Source: Rubripirellula sp.
GTDB taxonomy: Bacteria > Planctomycetota > Planctomycetia > Pirellulales > Pirellulaceae
Direction: 5' to 3'
NCBI GenBank assembly: GCA_965216875.1
Contig: OZ244207.1
Coordinates: 3,040,001 to 3,104,000 of the forward strand
Length of the DNA stretch: 64,000 nucleotides
In this document: positions 10,801 through 18,838 of the stretch, piece by piece
Position numbering within the stretch: position 1 is the first letter of the stretch
How the letters are laid out: each line of letters starts with the position of its first letter
The notes under the pieces: model-generated
Database searches by the model: none
Seen by the model: the letters and a program-made list of their open reading frames with translations, nothing else
Told to the model about the DNA's origin: nothing
Made by a program: the position numbers and the translations under genes

Positions 10801-12379
10801 GGCCAACGGGGAAGCTCTCTTGTGGATCTTCCGTCTCAATCCTCGACTTCCAAAATCGGATACTCTCGGGGACCCCCTGGTCGTCCCGCGGACCGGGCAA
10901 CAACTTGAGAAAGAAACCTGCATCATGTGGGCCAAAGGATCGCAGCCCCTTGGGAATGACTTTCGTGTTTTCCTGGTGGACTACCCGTTCCGGCTCGCGC
11001 TGAACTTCCGCGTCATCATTGCCTGTGGCAACCGAATCCTCCTCGGCCAAGAAACGATCGAGCTCAACTGCCAAATCATGGGCGGTCGTGTAGCGATCTG
11101 CAGCGCGCTTGGAAAGCAACCGAAGACAAATCCGCTCAAGTTCGAGCGGTATCGATTCGTTTACTTGCCTGGGCGGACGTGGATCGTGGTGGACGATGCT
11201 TTCCATCATTTCGAGTCGCGTCGATCCAAAAAACGGTCGACGCCCAGCCAGCATCTCATAGAACACGACGCCAAGGCTAAAAAGATCACTGCGTCCATCC
11301 ACCCGATGGCCCTCGCGGCGCGCCTGTTCGGGACTCATGTACGCAGGCGTGCCCTGGGAAGCTGATCCCGTCCCCACCTCTTCCTCCCTGAGCGCCAAAC
11401 CGAAATCAGCAACGTAGGGAATCATCTGCGAGTCCAAAAGGATGTTGCCTGGCTTGATATCGCGATGGACAACGCCGCCTTTATGAGCAGCCTGCAACGC
11501 CTTGGCGACCTCACAGATGAGTCGCGCAGCCCGATCGGGCCTTGGTCGCTCACTCTTCAAGTACTCCGCAAGGCTCTTACCCTTGATGAGCTTGGACACA
11601 ACGTAACAGGGAAAGTTCTCGTCACTCCCACAGTCATGAACGGGCACGATATTGGGATGCTCGAGGCTGGCAACCGTGCGTGCTTCCTTCAAATAGCCTT
11701 CGACTTGCTTAAGATTCGAAATGATATGTGGATGCGGCACTTTGATTGCCACATGACGCTGCAGTTGATCGTCAAACGCTCGGTAGACGCGCCCAAACCC
11801 GCCATGCCCAAGTAGCAACTCAATCCTATACCGCCCAATGGTGTCGGGAGGAGCGTCGGCGGTTGGGGACGTTGCGCCGGCCGTGGTTAGGTCCATGACC
11901 GTCGAAGGTACGTTACCTTGCTCGCCGCTTTTTGTGTCCTCGAATTGGGACCGACCTACTTCTTCCGATTCCTTCTGACTTCGATCGACCCGCTCGAGCT
12001 CGACAAGAATCGAACTTGCAGCACTTGGAAAGCGATTCGAGTAAGAAGCGTGACTCGGAGCATCGCCGTTGGTTGTCCGAACGAGATACTCGTGCACGAC
12101 CAGATCCGTTGTGACTGCCCCCTCAAGGATTGGAAATGCCGCGAGATAGTCTTCGATAAGCGGGTTGAGCGGAAACTGCTCCGTTTCAAAAACCGTTTGT
12201 CGCTGGCGCCACCTCTCGGCCAGATCAATCTTCACCAGCTCCGTGAGGACAGCTTTGAGAGTTTCCGGGTCAGCGTTTTCAGGTAGATAGTCCCTGATAA
12301 AAGGTGGCTGAGGCTCGCGCCAAGCAGCGCGAAACGAAGAGGCAACGCGATCGATCGGCGGTGTTTCAGATCGATTCAT
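7808..12379 (-). CDS. Hanks-type Ser/Thr kinase fused to a STAND-like P-loop NTPase, TM segment and helical C-terminal region
   Basis: GHGGFG, VAIK, HRDIKPGN, DFG, GTPAYMSPE; Walker A GPSGCGKSS; Walker B LIVLDQFE; YQLTHDYL. Start taken at ATG 12379. Confidence 0.9.
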   Translation of the reverse strand: MNRSETPPIDRVASSFRAAWREPQPPFIRDYLPENADPETLKAVLTELVKIDLAERWRQRQTVFETEQFPLNPLIEDYLAAFPILEGAVTTDLVVHEYLVRTTNGDAPSHASYSNRFPSAASSILVELERVDRSQKESEEVGRSQFEDTKSGEQGNVPSTVMDLTTAGATSPTADAPPDTIGRYRIELLLGHGGFGRVYRAFDDQLQRHVAIKVPHPHIISNLKQVEGYLKEARTVASLEHPNIVPVHDCGSDENFPCYVVSKLIKGKSLAEYLKSERPRPDRAARLICEVAKALQAAHKGGVVHRDIKPGNILLDSQMIPYVADFGLALREEEVGTGSASQGTPAYMSPEQARREGHRVDGRSDLFSLGVVFYEMLAGRRPFFGSTRLEMMESIVHHDPRPPRQVNESIPLELERICLRLLSKRAADRYTTAHDLAVELDRFLAEEDSVATGNDDAEVQREPERVVHQENTKVIPKGLRSFGPHDAGFFLKLLPGPRDDQGVPESIRFWKSRIETEDPQESFPVGLLWGPSGCGKSSFVKAGLIPRLSDNVRTIYIEATARQTESRLLSALKQRCPLDDPADLVEAIYQLRQTQGPQKTLIVLDQFEQWLHEHAGQRNTELVRAIRQCDGTHVQCIVMARSDFGLAAQRFFRELEIGLSEDRNYALTDLFEPSHAEHVLKEFGVAHGRLPADDSELTDQNRKFLSEAVAGLADDDKVICVRIALVAEMLKGKPWTPPTLRGLGGTSGVGEQFLEETFSASTAAPQHRYHEPAARRVLNSLMPQSGSDIKGHMQRADVLLQASEYDQSHDDFEELLKILDSELRLITPTSPSKNSADDSLSNSNASIDEKYYQLTHDYLVPSIRGWLTRRQRSTRRGRAELKLESRTRQWVDSSREGAVLPGPLDCIRFALYIPKRRRTTDQQSMIRRATRRHLMRLAGFSLSVCLVVAIALSFARDPATPMEVISGDWANFEQKSSALSQLRLKDNSDQIKSLVRVAQRESDMSLLNAYLRALGDVIDSDVCDSESRASILAIAESTLHGGDRFPETPALSTTQVRSIQLLAGSIAPDAWLEMSIELNENAYPDAVSEILNLHTRLPSWAARDVNARKQWAELLVDRLMNGDDLSLPAKKLLLAGVADALIDPGVPGRIESDKREQLIAWCFEQLRSDTGTPREIATVLDRFPVALLEESLLGLPEDGVRVAYLTMYLNQSSYAGRLDELQFMFDEYLGDAEEIIQRNGRPNLTLCRRIWMSSQCIRMGGEDRFTSKAILAYLKKWSAIDSEGKFVNLPFERHAQHAATILKSRAWVADRIDESDRDIGVPFMKHAVSSVNWIGYSDLIDRNVLEVLRDVDVYAATDAAIAVVAKDASTQRYAVELLAELSLSDESIRRQTQQEFINRKDELLPKHLAAVIDREQLPELIEMNSHLLDLGEGLALFVLRQEDNLQPETFQLVCEQLCENGKIDILDEVLEMIKADVRHHGQERRNHVRTYLYEQVEAIKSTHPEHKEFIDQLLDNDGIWLRI

Positions 12380-12451
12380 CGGCGGACCCCAGAACAATAA
12401 GACCAACGCTCAGTATAGCGCGTCCTTATCCTTTTTTCCTGCCAGCGCATC

Positions 12452-12484
12452 AAAAACGCCACGTGAAGTCATCCACATGGCGTT
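12452..12484 (-). terminator. Rho-independent terminator after PEP-CTERM gene
   Basis: Stem aacgccatgtg/cacgtggcgtt followed by a T-run on the minus strand, 17 nt after the stop at 12502. Confidence 0.65.
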
Positions 12485-12501
12485 GGCTGTGCAGAAGGTC
12501 G

Positions 12502-13413
12502 CTAAACATTCGTTCCCTTGCGACGACGCTTGATCCCAACTGCGGCTCCAAGCAACAGTCCCCACATCGCCAACGAACTTGGCTCTGGGACTGCGTTCAC
12601 GGTCAGGAAGGTGCTGTCGGTGATCGTGTAGCCAGCAGGAGTGGAAGGGCGTGCCCCAAACAGCGTTCCAGTGATCGCAACATCGTGCAATGTCTGGGTG
12701 ACGTTATCGGTGTGCAGTGATGCGACTGGAATGAAGACGGTTGAAGGCCCCAGCGTGTGATGAAGCACGCTCATGCCACCGGTCTCGGCTGCGAAAAAGT
12801 TGGGGCCCGCTGGGAGCTCAGCAAAATCAAGGAGTCCGTTGTCGTTCACGTCCGAGAATGAGCGCACCTCGAGGTAGTCGTCCGCGGTGCCGTACCCAAG
12901 GATTGCCCCAAGCTCGTACGAACTCAACGCTGCGATCGCGCCTGCTAGCGGGACCGTCGTGATGTCCACCGGATTGTTGTCTGACGTGAGCACAGCGATC
13001 GTTGCATCGACGCCGAATTGAGGTGCAACAATCCCCGCCCCAGCCAAGATCTCGTCGATGGAAAGTCCCGTCCCGTCGAGAGGGTCCACGCCCCTGGCCG
13101 TCAGCAGAACGGTTGGATCTGGACCAGCGTTGCCCACCGATGACGCGACCTCGAAACTATAAACTCCAATCAGCTGGTCATCGGGAGCCAGAATCCCGTT
13201 GGCAGAGGTCGTCCCAATCCTCAGGAATCCCGACACGATATCACCGGTCGAAAGGGAAAGATCCCCATCACGATCAACCACAAATGAGACGCTGTCATCA
13301 TCCAGAATATCCGGTACGTGATCAAACGACAGGTGTGACCCAAGGCTACCGGCCTGAGCGCAAGCAGCCAAAGCGAAGGACATAAGCAACGCAGGAACGA
13401 TACGAAGCATCAA
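12502..13413 (-). CDS. PEP-CTERM surface protein (paralog 2)
   Basis: Signal peptide ending AQA; C-terminal VPEPSSLAMWGLLLGAAVGIKRRRK. Confidence 0.92.
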   Translation of the reverse strand: MMLRIVPALLMSFALAACAQAGSLGSHLSFDHVPDILDDDSVSFVVDRDGDLSLSTGDIVSGFLRIGTTSANGILAPDDQLIGVYSFEVASSVGNAGPDPTVLLTARGVDPLDGTGLSIDEILAGAGIVAPQFGVDATIAVLTSDNNPVDITTVPLAGAIAALSSYELGAILGYGTADDYLEVRSFSDVNDNGLLDFAELPAGPNFFAAETGGMSVLHHTLGPSTVFIPVASLHTDNVTQTLHDVAITGTLFGARPSTPAGYTITDSTFLTVNAVPEPSSLAMWGLLLGAAVGIKRRRKGTNV

Positions 13414-13633
13414 TCAGTTTCCAGACTCAATGGTGAACAAATCCCCTCATTCGGGGCGACCCAAAACACATTTGGCGTGGCTGCGTGAACGAAGCAGCAT
13501 CTGTTACCGATATTGTTGAGACTTGTAACAGTTCGCAACGATTATTGGGCGCGAAGCCTCCTGTATGGCACAGACCCTTTCGGTTGTATCGGTTGTAGGG
13601 GTAGTAACGGTTGGAACGTAAGCGAACGCGCAC

Positions 13634-13670
13634 AAAAAAAAGCCGCCGCTGCTAAACGAGCAACGGCGGC
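13634..13670 (-). terminator. Rho-independent terminator between the PEP-CTERM paralogs
   Basis: GC-rich hairpin gccgccg..cggcggc followed by T8 on the minus strand. Confidence 0.8.
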
Positions 13671-13705
13671 CAATCAAATCTTTTCAGATACCTGAGCTAA
13701 ACAGC

Positions 13706-14629
13706 CTAGGCGTTCTTTTTGTTGCGTCGGCGGTAACCAACAGCACCAACACCGATCAACAGACCCCAAACAGCCAAAGAACCTGGCTCAGGAACTGCGT
13801 TCACGGTCAACGAAGTACTGTCAACGATTGTCCAATCTGCCGCTGTAGTTGGACGTGAAGCGAAAATCGTTCCGTCGAGGCTCACGTCGTGGAATGTGGT
13901 GGTAACACCATCTTCGTGAAGCGAGGCAACTGGAATGAAGGAAGTCGAAGCACCGAGGGTGTGGTGCAAGACGCTCCAACCAGCCGACTCCGAACCGATG
14001 AATCCGCCCGTTCCCAATGCTGGGAGTTCAGCGAAATCGATCTCGCCACTGTCGTCAGTGTCGAGGAACGATCGCAACTCGGTGTAGTCATCTGCCGTTC
14101 CCAAGCCAAGGATCGCGTCAAGCGAATACGCGCCCAGAGCACCACCAAGACCGATTGCACCAGCGACTGATTCGTCGGTGATGTTGGTCGTGTTTGGTTG
14201 TGATGAAAGAACAGCTGCCATACCAGCAGCACCAACAGCAGGAGCCGCAATGCCGTGGAACGCGAGCATCTCGTCAATCGAAAGACCGGTGCCCAGCAAT
14301 GGGTCGGTACCGACAGCGGTCAAATCGACTTGCGGGTTCGCTCCGGCAACACCAGTCGACGTTGCGATTTGGAAGCTGTAGTAGCCAACAAGTTGGTCAT
14401 CGGGAGCCAACACACCATTTGCAGTCGTCGTTCCGATGCGGAGTACACCTGCAACAACGTCACCAACGGATAATGATCCGCTAGCGTCCAAGTCGGCGAT
14501 GAAGCCAACGCTATCATCGTCAAGCAAGTCAGGAACGTGGTCGAAGGTCAGGTGCGAGCTAAGTGGGCCAGCTTGTGCGCTGACAACCATAGCGAGAGCG
14601 GCGAAAACGCCAAAAAGTGAACGTAACAT
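13706..14629 (-). CDS. PEP-CTERM surface protein (paralog 1)
   Basis: MLRSLFG..SAQA signal peptide; VPEPGSLAVWGLLIGVGAVGYRRRNKK; colinear with 12502-13413. Confidence 0.92.
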   Translation of the reverse strand: MLRSLFGVFAALAMVVSAQAGPLSSHLTFDHVPDLLDDDSVGFIADLDASGSLSVGDVVAGVLRIGTTTANGVLAPDDQLVGYYSFQIATSTGVAGANPQVDLTAVGTDPLLGTGLSIDEMLAFHGIAAPAVGAAGMAAVLSSQPNTTNITDESVAGAIGLGGALGAYSLDAILGLGTADDYTELRSFLDTDDSGEIDFAELPALGTGGFIGSESAGWSVLHHTLGASTSFIPVASLHEDGVTTTFHDVSLDGTIFASRPTTAADWTIVDSTSLTVNAVPEPGSLAVWGLLIGVGAVGYRRRNKKNA

Positions 14630-14677
14630 TAGGTTTCCTAAAAACTCAAAACACAAATTGAAACTGTAAAAACGGAT

Positions 14678-15055
14678 CTACAGCTCAGCCTGTGGCGGTT
14701 TTAGAAGACCATCAAGTTCAGGATCGGCCGGCAACGCATGATTTGCCAACCTCGTGAACTCAACAACAGGTAATGTAAGTTCGAGAGATGAATCGAAAGA
14801 TGGCGAAGCACTCGAAGACGAGGTCACCACGTTCGAAAGCGTCGAAGTTCCAGCAAGATTTGATGAGGGACTCTCGTCGACATGCTCAGACTCAGCATCC
14901 TTAACGACGCAGAATTCCTTGAGCAGATTCTCTATCACAGACTCTTCAACAACTTCCTCGGTTTCAATCGCAACCGCGACTGAAATAGCCCCTGCGTTGG
15001 CGAACCCGCCAATGAGGGAAACGAGGAAAATCGGTAGAAGGAGACGCGACATCAT
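14678..15055 (-). CDS. Small secreted hypothetical protein (acidic/Ser-rich, ends LLKPPQAEL)
   Basis: Signal peptide MMSRLLLPIFLVSLIGGFANA; co-oriented in the operon; fills the gap cleanly. Confidence 0.6.
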   Translation of the reverse strand: MMSRLLLPIFLVSLIGGFANAGAISVAVAIETEEVVEESVIENLLKEFCVVKDAESEHVDESPSSNLAGTSTLSNVVTSSSSASPSFDSSLELTLPVVEFTRLANHALPADPELDGLLKPPQAEL

Positions 15056-15115
15056 GGGCGTAATGATAGTGCCGATTATTTCGACATTCAAGACTCTTAT
15101 GGAAAAGTGGAGGAT

Positions 15116-16474
15116 TTAATCCCCCCCACCAGAAGACAGCTGTACAGGGCCAAGAGCACCTGCACATTTGATCACACTCGTGCGTGGAGGGACGAATACG
15201 ACAAACGCGATGCCCCCCAAGGCCGCTCCCACGCCGTAGACGATCAAATCGGTCAAATCGGCTATCAGTGGAAAGAGTGCGGCCTGGCCAATTTCGATCC
15301 CAATCGCTAGCAGCGTCAGCCAGAGCAAAGTCCCGACAGAAAACCGTGCTTTGCCCCCCGACGTTCGCGCGGACCAGCCCTTCAAAAGAAATCCCAGAAC
15401 TCCAAACGCCAGAACTTTGATCAGAAGGTTCTCGAGGGCACCGATTTCCGTCCCGCGCTGAGCACGGGCAAACGGGAACGCGACGGCGCCAGCGAGTCGG
15501 TTCCAATACTCATCGAGCCCAACGACGTGGTCGAAACGGATCCAAAAGCCGACGAGCATAAATAGCGACCAGAGCACTGCCGCCCCCCACCAGACATAAG
15601 ACCGGTCCAACCAATCCAATAGTCTCGCAACGTGTTTGGCGGCCAACACACCGATTCCGCCGATCGTGAATGACACGACGACATCGGTCGCCGAAGTCGT
15701 GCGGTGATAAATCGGAAGCGACGCCAGCTCAATCAGGCAGCACCAACCGCCCAATACGAGAAGAGCCTTGCGGCGAGTGAAAGCTAACGCGAGCACGACG
15801 CCCAGCGGGAAGGCCCAGCCGCTCAACACGATCGACTTGGCGCATTCATTGAACGACGTCCAATCAGAAAAGGGTACAACCACCAAACGGCTGAGATCAT
15901 TCTTCAGTGCCCATTCGTGCTTGGTCAGCATCACGTCAAGTGGCAATAGATTGAAGACGACCATCCCAGCCGCGCAAATTTGTGAAAAGAGAAACAGCCG
16001 GCGAAAGCCCGGCTCTTTGTGTTTGAAACTTCGAAGTGCGGCGATGCTCCGCTCGCCCAATACGAGCCAAACCAAAAAACCGGCGACGCCACCGATGTAA
16101 CCCGCCGCTACGTCATTCCACGACATCACTCGTGGCGGAAACCATGCCTGCATCAATTCGATCGCACACACGTAGAGCGCATGGACGGCAAGGAAGCCGA
16201 TCAGCGAAAACTGGTTCAGCAACTGGCTACGCCGACCGTAGTGGATCGCACCGGCGCAACAATAGCCAAGCGGCACCATGATCAAACCGTTTGCTACCCA
16301 GTCTGCTCGTTTCTCGACCCCCAATTGCGCCCAAGGCATTTGCAGGAATAGCTCCCAAGCCTCTGCCAGCGAAATTGCCCGATAACGTACGGGCAACATC
16401 GATGCGTAGACCAGCGCCACCGCATTGAGGACGGCAACGATCGCAAGAACACGACGTGTTTCTTTATCGCGCAC
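15116..16474 (-). CDS. Multi-VanZ-repeat membrane protein
   Basis: Repeated N..PLG / IELxQ / D patterns (ANGLIMVPLG, IELMQAWFPPR, IELASL, IEIGQA..DLTDL); many TM helices. Confidence 0.75.
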   Translation of the reverse strand: MRDKETRRVLAIVAVLNAVALVYASMLPVRYRAISLAEAWELFLQMPWAQLGVEKRADWVANGLIMVPLGYCCAGAIHYGRRSQLLNQFSLIGFLAVHALYVCAIELMQAWFPPRVMSWNDVAAGYIGGVAGFLVWLVLGERSIAALRSFKHKEPGFRRLFLFSQICAAGMVVFNLLPLDVMLTKHEWALKNDLSRLVVVPFSDWTSFNECAKSIVLSGWAFPLGVVLALAFTRRKALLVLGGWCCLIELASLPIYHRTTSATDVVVSFTIGGIGVLAAKHVARLLDWLDRSYVWWGAAVLWSLFMLVGFWIRFDHVVGLDEYWNRLAGAVAFPFARAQRGTEIGALENLLIKVLAFGVLGFLLKGWSARTSGGKARFSVGTLLWLTLLAIGIEIGQAALFPLIADLTDLIVYGVGAALGGIAFVVFVPPRTSVIKCAGALGPVQLSSGGGD

Positions 16475-16507
16475 GGTTACCCAACATCAGTCGCTCAGCG
16501 AAGTGAT

Positions 16508-17578
16508 TCACTTGCTGCCGTTCCGCTGTAGCTCGTTTCGATGCTCGTAAAACTGCCGCAATGGGATCGGCGCAAAGTTCAATTCATCGATACAGAACTC
16601 AAAGAACGCGTCGAGTCGATCGAGAAACTGCTGAAGCTCCACCTCGTTCTTGACATAGGGTGAACACCCCGGTTTTAGCGAAGAACTATGGAACATTAAC
16701 ACCAAGCTTCGTGTACCTCGTGATGCAATTGCTGTCGCCAGCTGCTTCAGCTGTTTCAGGGAAGCTTGTTCCGGACTCAACTTATGCCTTGAGGCGATTC
16801 CTGCACGGTCCAGAATGCCAACCGCTTTGAGTTGCCGAAAGGGTGCTCGCATCGCGATTTGGCGAAGGTTGTTCGCGATTGTAAAGTTCTTGTGTGTGAA
16901 CCCAACCGAAACGGGCACCTCGAGAATCTCCTGTGGGTCACCACGATCAAGAATCGAATCGGTGTCTGGAAAATAGGGTTCGCAAGTTCCTTGACGAAAG
17001 TCAGGACCTGACTGACTCGAATAGTCGGTGTAGGGGATCACGCTCGAGTCGACACGGTACCCAAGGTCCCTCAGGATATTCACGCCCGTCGCGTCCATTC
17101 CATATCGGCCCGCACGAAATGAAACTGGTCGCACACCAAAATTCGTTTCAATCAGCTGGGTCAATCCTTCGATTTTCGCTCGCTGTTGATCAGGTGGCAG
17201 GTTGCAGAGAAAGGAATTTGGCCCGCTCGAGTTAGCCTCAACGATAGGCGGCGAATTCCATGGATGCACGTGTGTGCCGATTTCACATCGTCCGTCATCT
17301 TGAATTGGCTTGAGCACATCGATGGCATCGCGGTCGCTCGCAACCGGTGTCGTGATCAAGTAACTCGGCACAACCGTGTTGCGGTCGCAAACGTCTTGAA
17401 ACCTTGGAACGTGAGCAATATTGGTGACAGTTCCTTCGGAAGCGTACGTCCCCGACCAAAGCCCCTCCTCTTCTGTGTCAATCGTTACGGCAAGGTAACC
17501 TCGGGGTTGTGATGCGTCAGCGGTCACAGCTTTCTTCCTGCTCTTGATCGACCGATCCTGCGTTTTCTTGGACGGCAC
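16508..17578 (-). CDS. Polysaccharide deacetylase (WalW-like CE4)
   Basis: TIDTEEE, EIGTHVHPW, SFRAGRYG, VDSSV, HSSSL. Confidence 0.85.
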   Translation of the reverse strand: MPSKKTQDRSIKSRKKAVTADASQPRGYLAVTIDTEEEGLWSGTYASEGTVTNIAHVPRFQDVCDRNTVVPSYLITTPVASDRDAIDVLKPIQDDGRCEIGTHVHPWNSPPIVEANSSGPNSFLCNLPPDQQRAKIEGLTQLIETNFGVRPVSFRAGRYGMDATGVNILRDLGYRVDSSVIPYTDYSSQSGPDFRQGTCEPYFPDTDSILDRGDPQEILEVPVSVGFTHKNFTIANNLRQIAMRAPFRQLKAVGILDRAGIASRHKLSPEQASLKQLKQLATAIASRGTRSLVLMFHSSSLKPGCSPYVKNEVELQQFLDRLDAFFEFCIDELNFAPIPLRQFYEHRNELQRNGSK

Positions 17579-18766
17579 CGGCCTTGCTTCGCGCAGTCGG
17601 TTCCCACATCGCGTTCTGACGTTTCACCAATCCTTGGGTGAAGCCGATTCCCATCGCAACCTGGCTCATCACAAAATAGAAGGAAACGGATATCAACCAA
17701 AGCTGTCGCAGTCGCATGGAAAGTGCACCTACGGCGGCGAGCACGACAACAGCGCCCGCACCGATCAGCAGACTCATGAATCGCACATCGCTAATCGCAA
17801 GAAACGCGACGAGCATCCATCCCATCATGAGCACCAATGGCGACAGCCATCGAACAAGTTTGTGGGAAGCGAAGAGCCAGAATCGCAGGGGCTGAAAGAG
17901 TCGCGGATAGACTTGCCGGGATAGCGCCTGCGAGGCACCAGCGCCAATTCGTAGTCGACGTCGAAATTCAGACATCGCCGACTCCGTAGCGTTTTCGTAG
18001 GCAACGGCTTCAGGAGCGTAAAGGATTCTGCTTCCGCTACGAAGCACTCGCATCGATACTGTAAAATCGTCCAAGATCGTGTCACCCGGCAAGGGCTCGT
18101 AAAGCGACTTGCGCAGAGCGTACATGCCACCATCAACGCCAATCATCGCGCCAAAATGAGATTCACCGCGGTGAATCTGCCTTTCCATTTTGTAGTAAAG
18201 CGATTCACCTCCATTTTGTAGTAAAGCGATTCACCTTTTCCAAAGCTTGCGTCTTTGCTGCGAAGTTGCACATCGCCACTGACGGCGCCCACTTGCTCAT
18301 CTTCAAAGTATGAAACCAGACGCCAGACCGCGTCTTTTGCGAACATCACGTTCGCGTCGCAAAGCACCAGCACCGACCCGTTTGCCAAGTTGACCGCATC
18401 ATTCAATACGGACGCCTTGCCTCGACGTTCTTCAAATTCTTCGACGCGTATTCGGTCATCCGCGTGCTCACGAGCGATCTCAGCCGTCCTGTCCGTACCG
18501 CCGTCACAAGCAACGATGATTTCAAGCTTCTCCGCCGGATAGTCGATCGAAAGCGCATTCGCGACTTTCTCCCCTATCACCATCTCCTCGTTGTAAGCGG
18601 GAATGACAAGGCTGACCGAAGGGATACAGGGATTCTTCGCGGAAAGATCGGAGGCGCGCGACCTCGAAGCGAACGCTCCCATCAACGCAGGGAAGATGCC
18701 GTAAACGTAGACCACAATCAATCCACACAAACCCACCCCAACCAATGCGGCCGACTCGAGTGTCAT
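17517..18766 (-). pseudogene. GT2 (CESA-like) glycosyltransferase frameshifted by a 26-bp tandem duplication
   Basis: N-half (PAYNEE, DGGTD, GKA, DAN) and C-half (GGMYALR, DDF, RRLR) lie in different frames. Deleting one repeat copy gives a continuous 1224-nt ORF resembling the adjacent GT2. Confidence 0.88.
18185..18236. repeat. Perfect 26-bp tandem duplication (ccattttgtagtaaagcgattcacct x2)
   Basis: Read directly: 18185-18210 equals 18211-18236. Confidence 0.97.
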
Positions 18767-18838
18767 AGCCCGCCACGCATAACGAGTGGCATGAGCGAAA
18801 TCGGCAAATCACTGCCCCAGCAATTACTCATCTTTGCC

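Noticed and set aside
10057..11365. 283-aa and 224-aa plus-strand ORFs
   Set aside because: Antisense to the kinase/NTPase; no recognisable features.
18185..18236. CRISPR-like repeat
   Set aside because: Two adjacent copies, no spacer, no cas genes.
17517..18766. Two separate GT genes or a programmed ribosomal frameshift
   Set aside because: Fully explained by the 26-bp duplication; no slippery site is needed.
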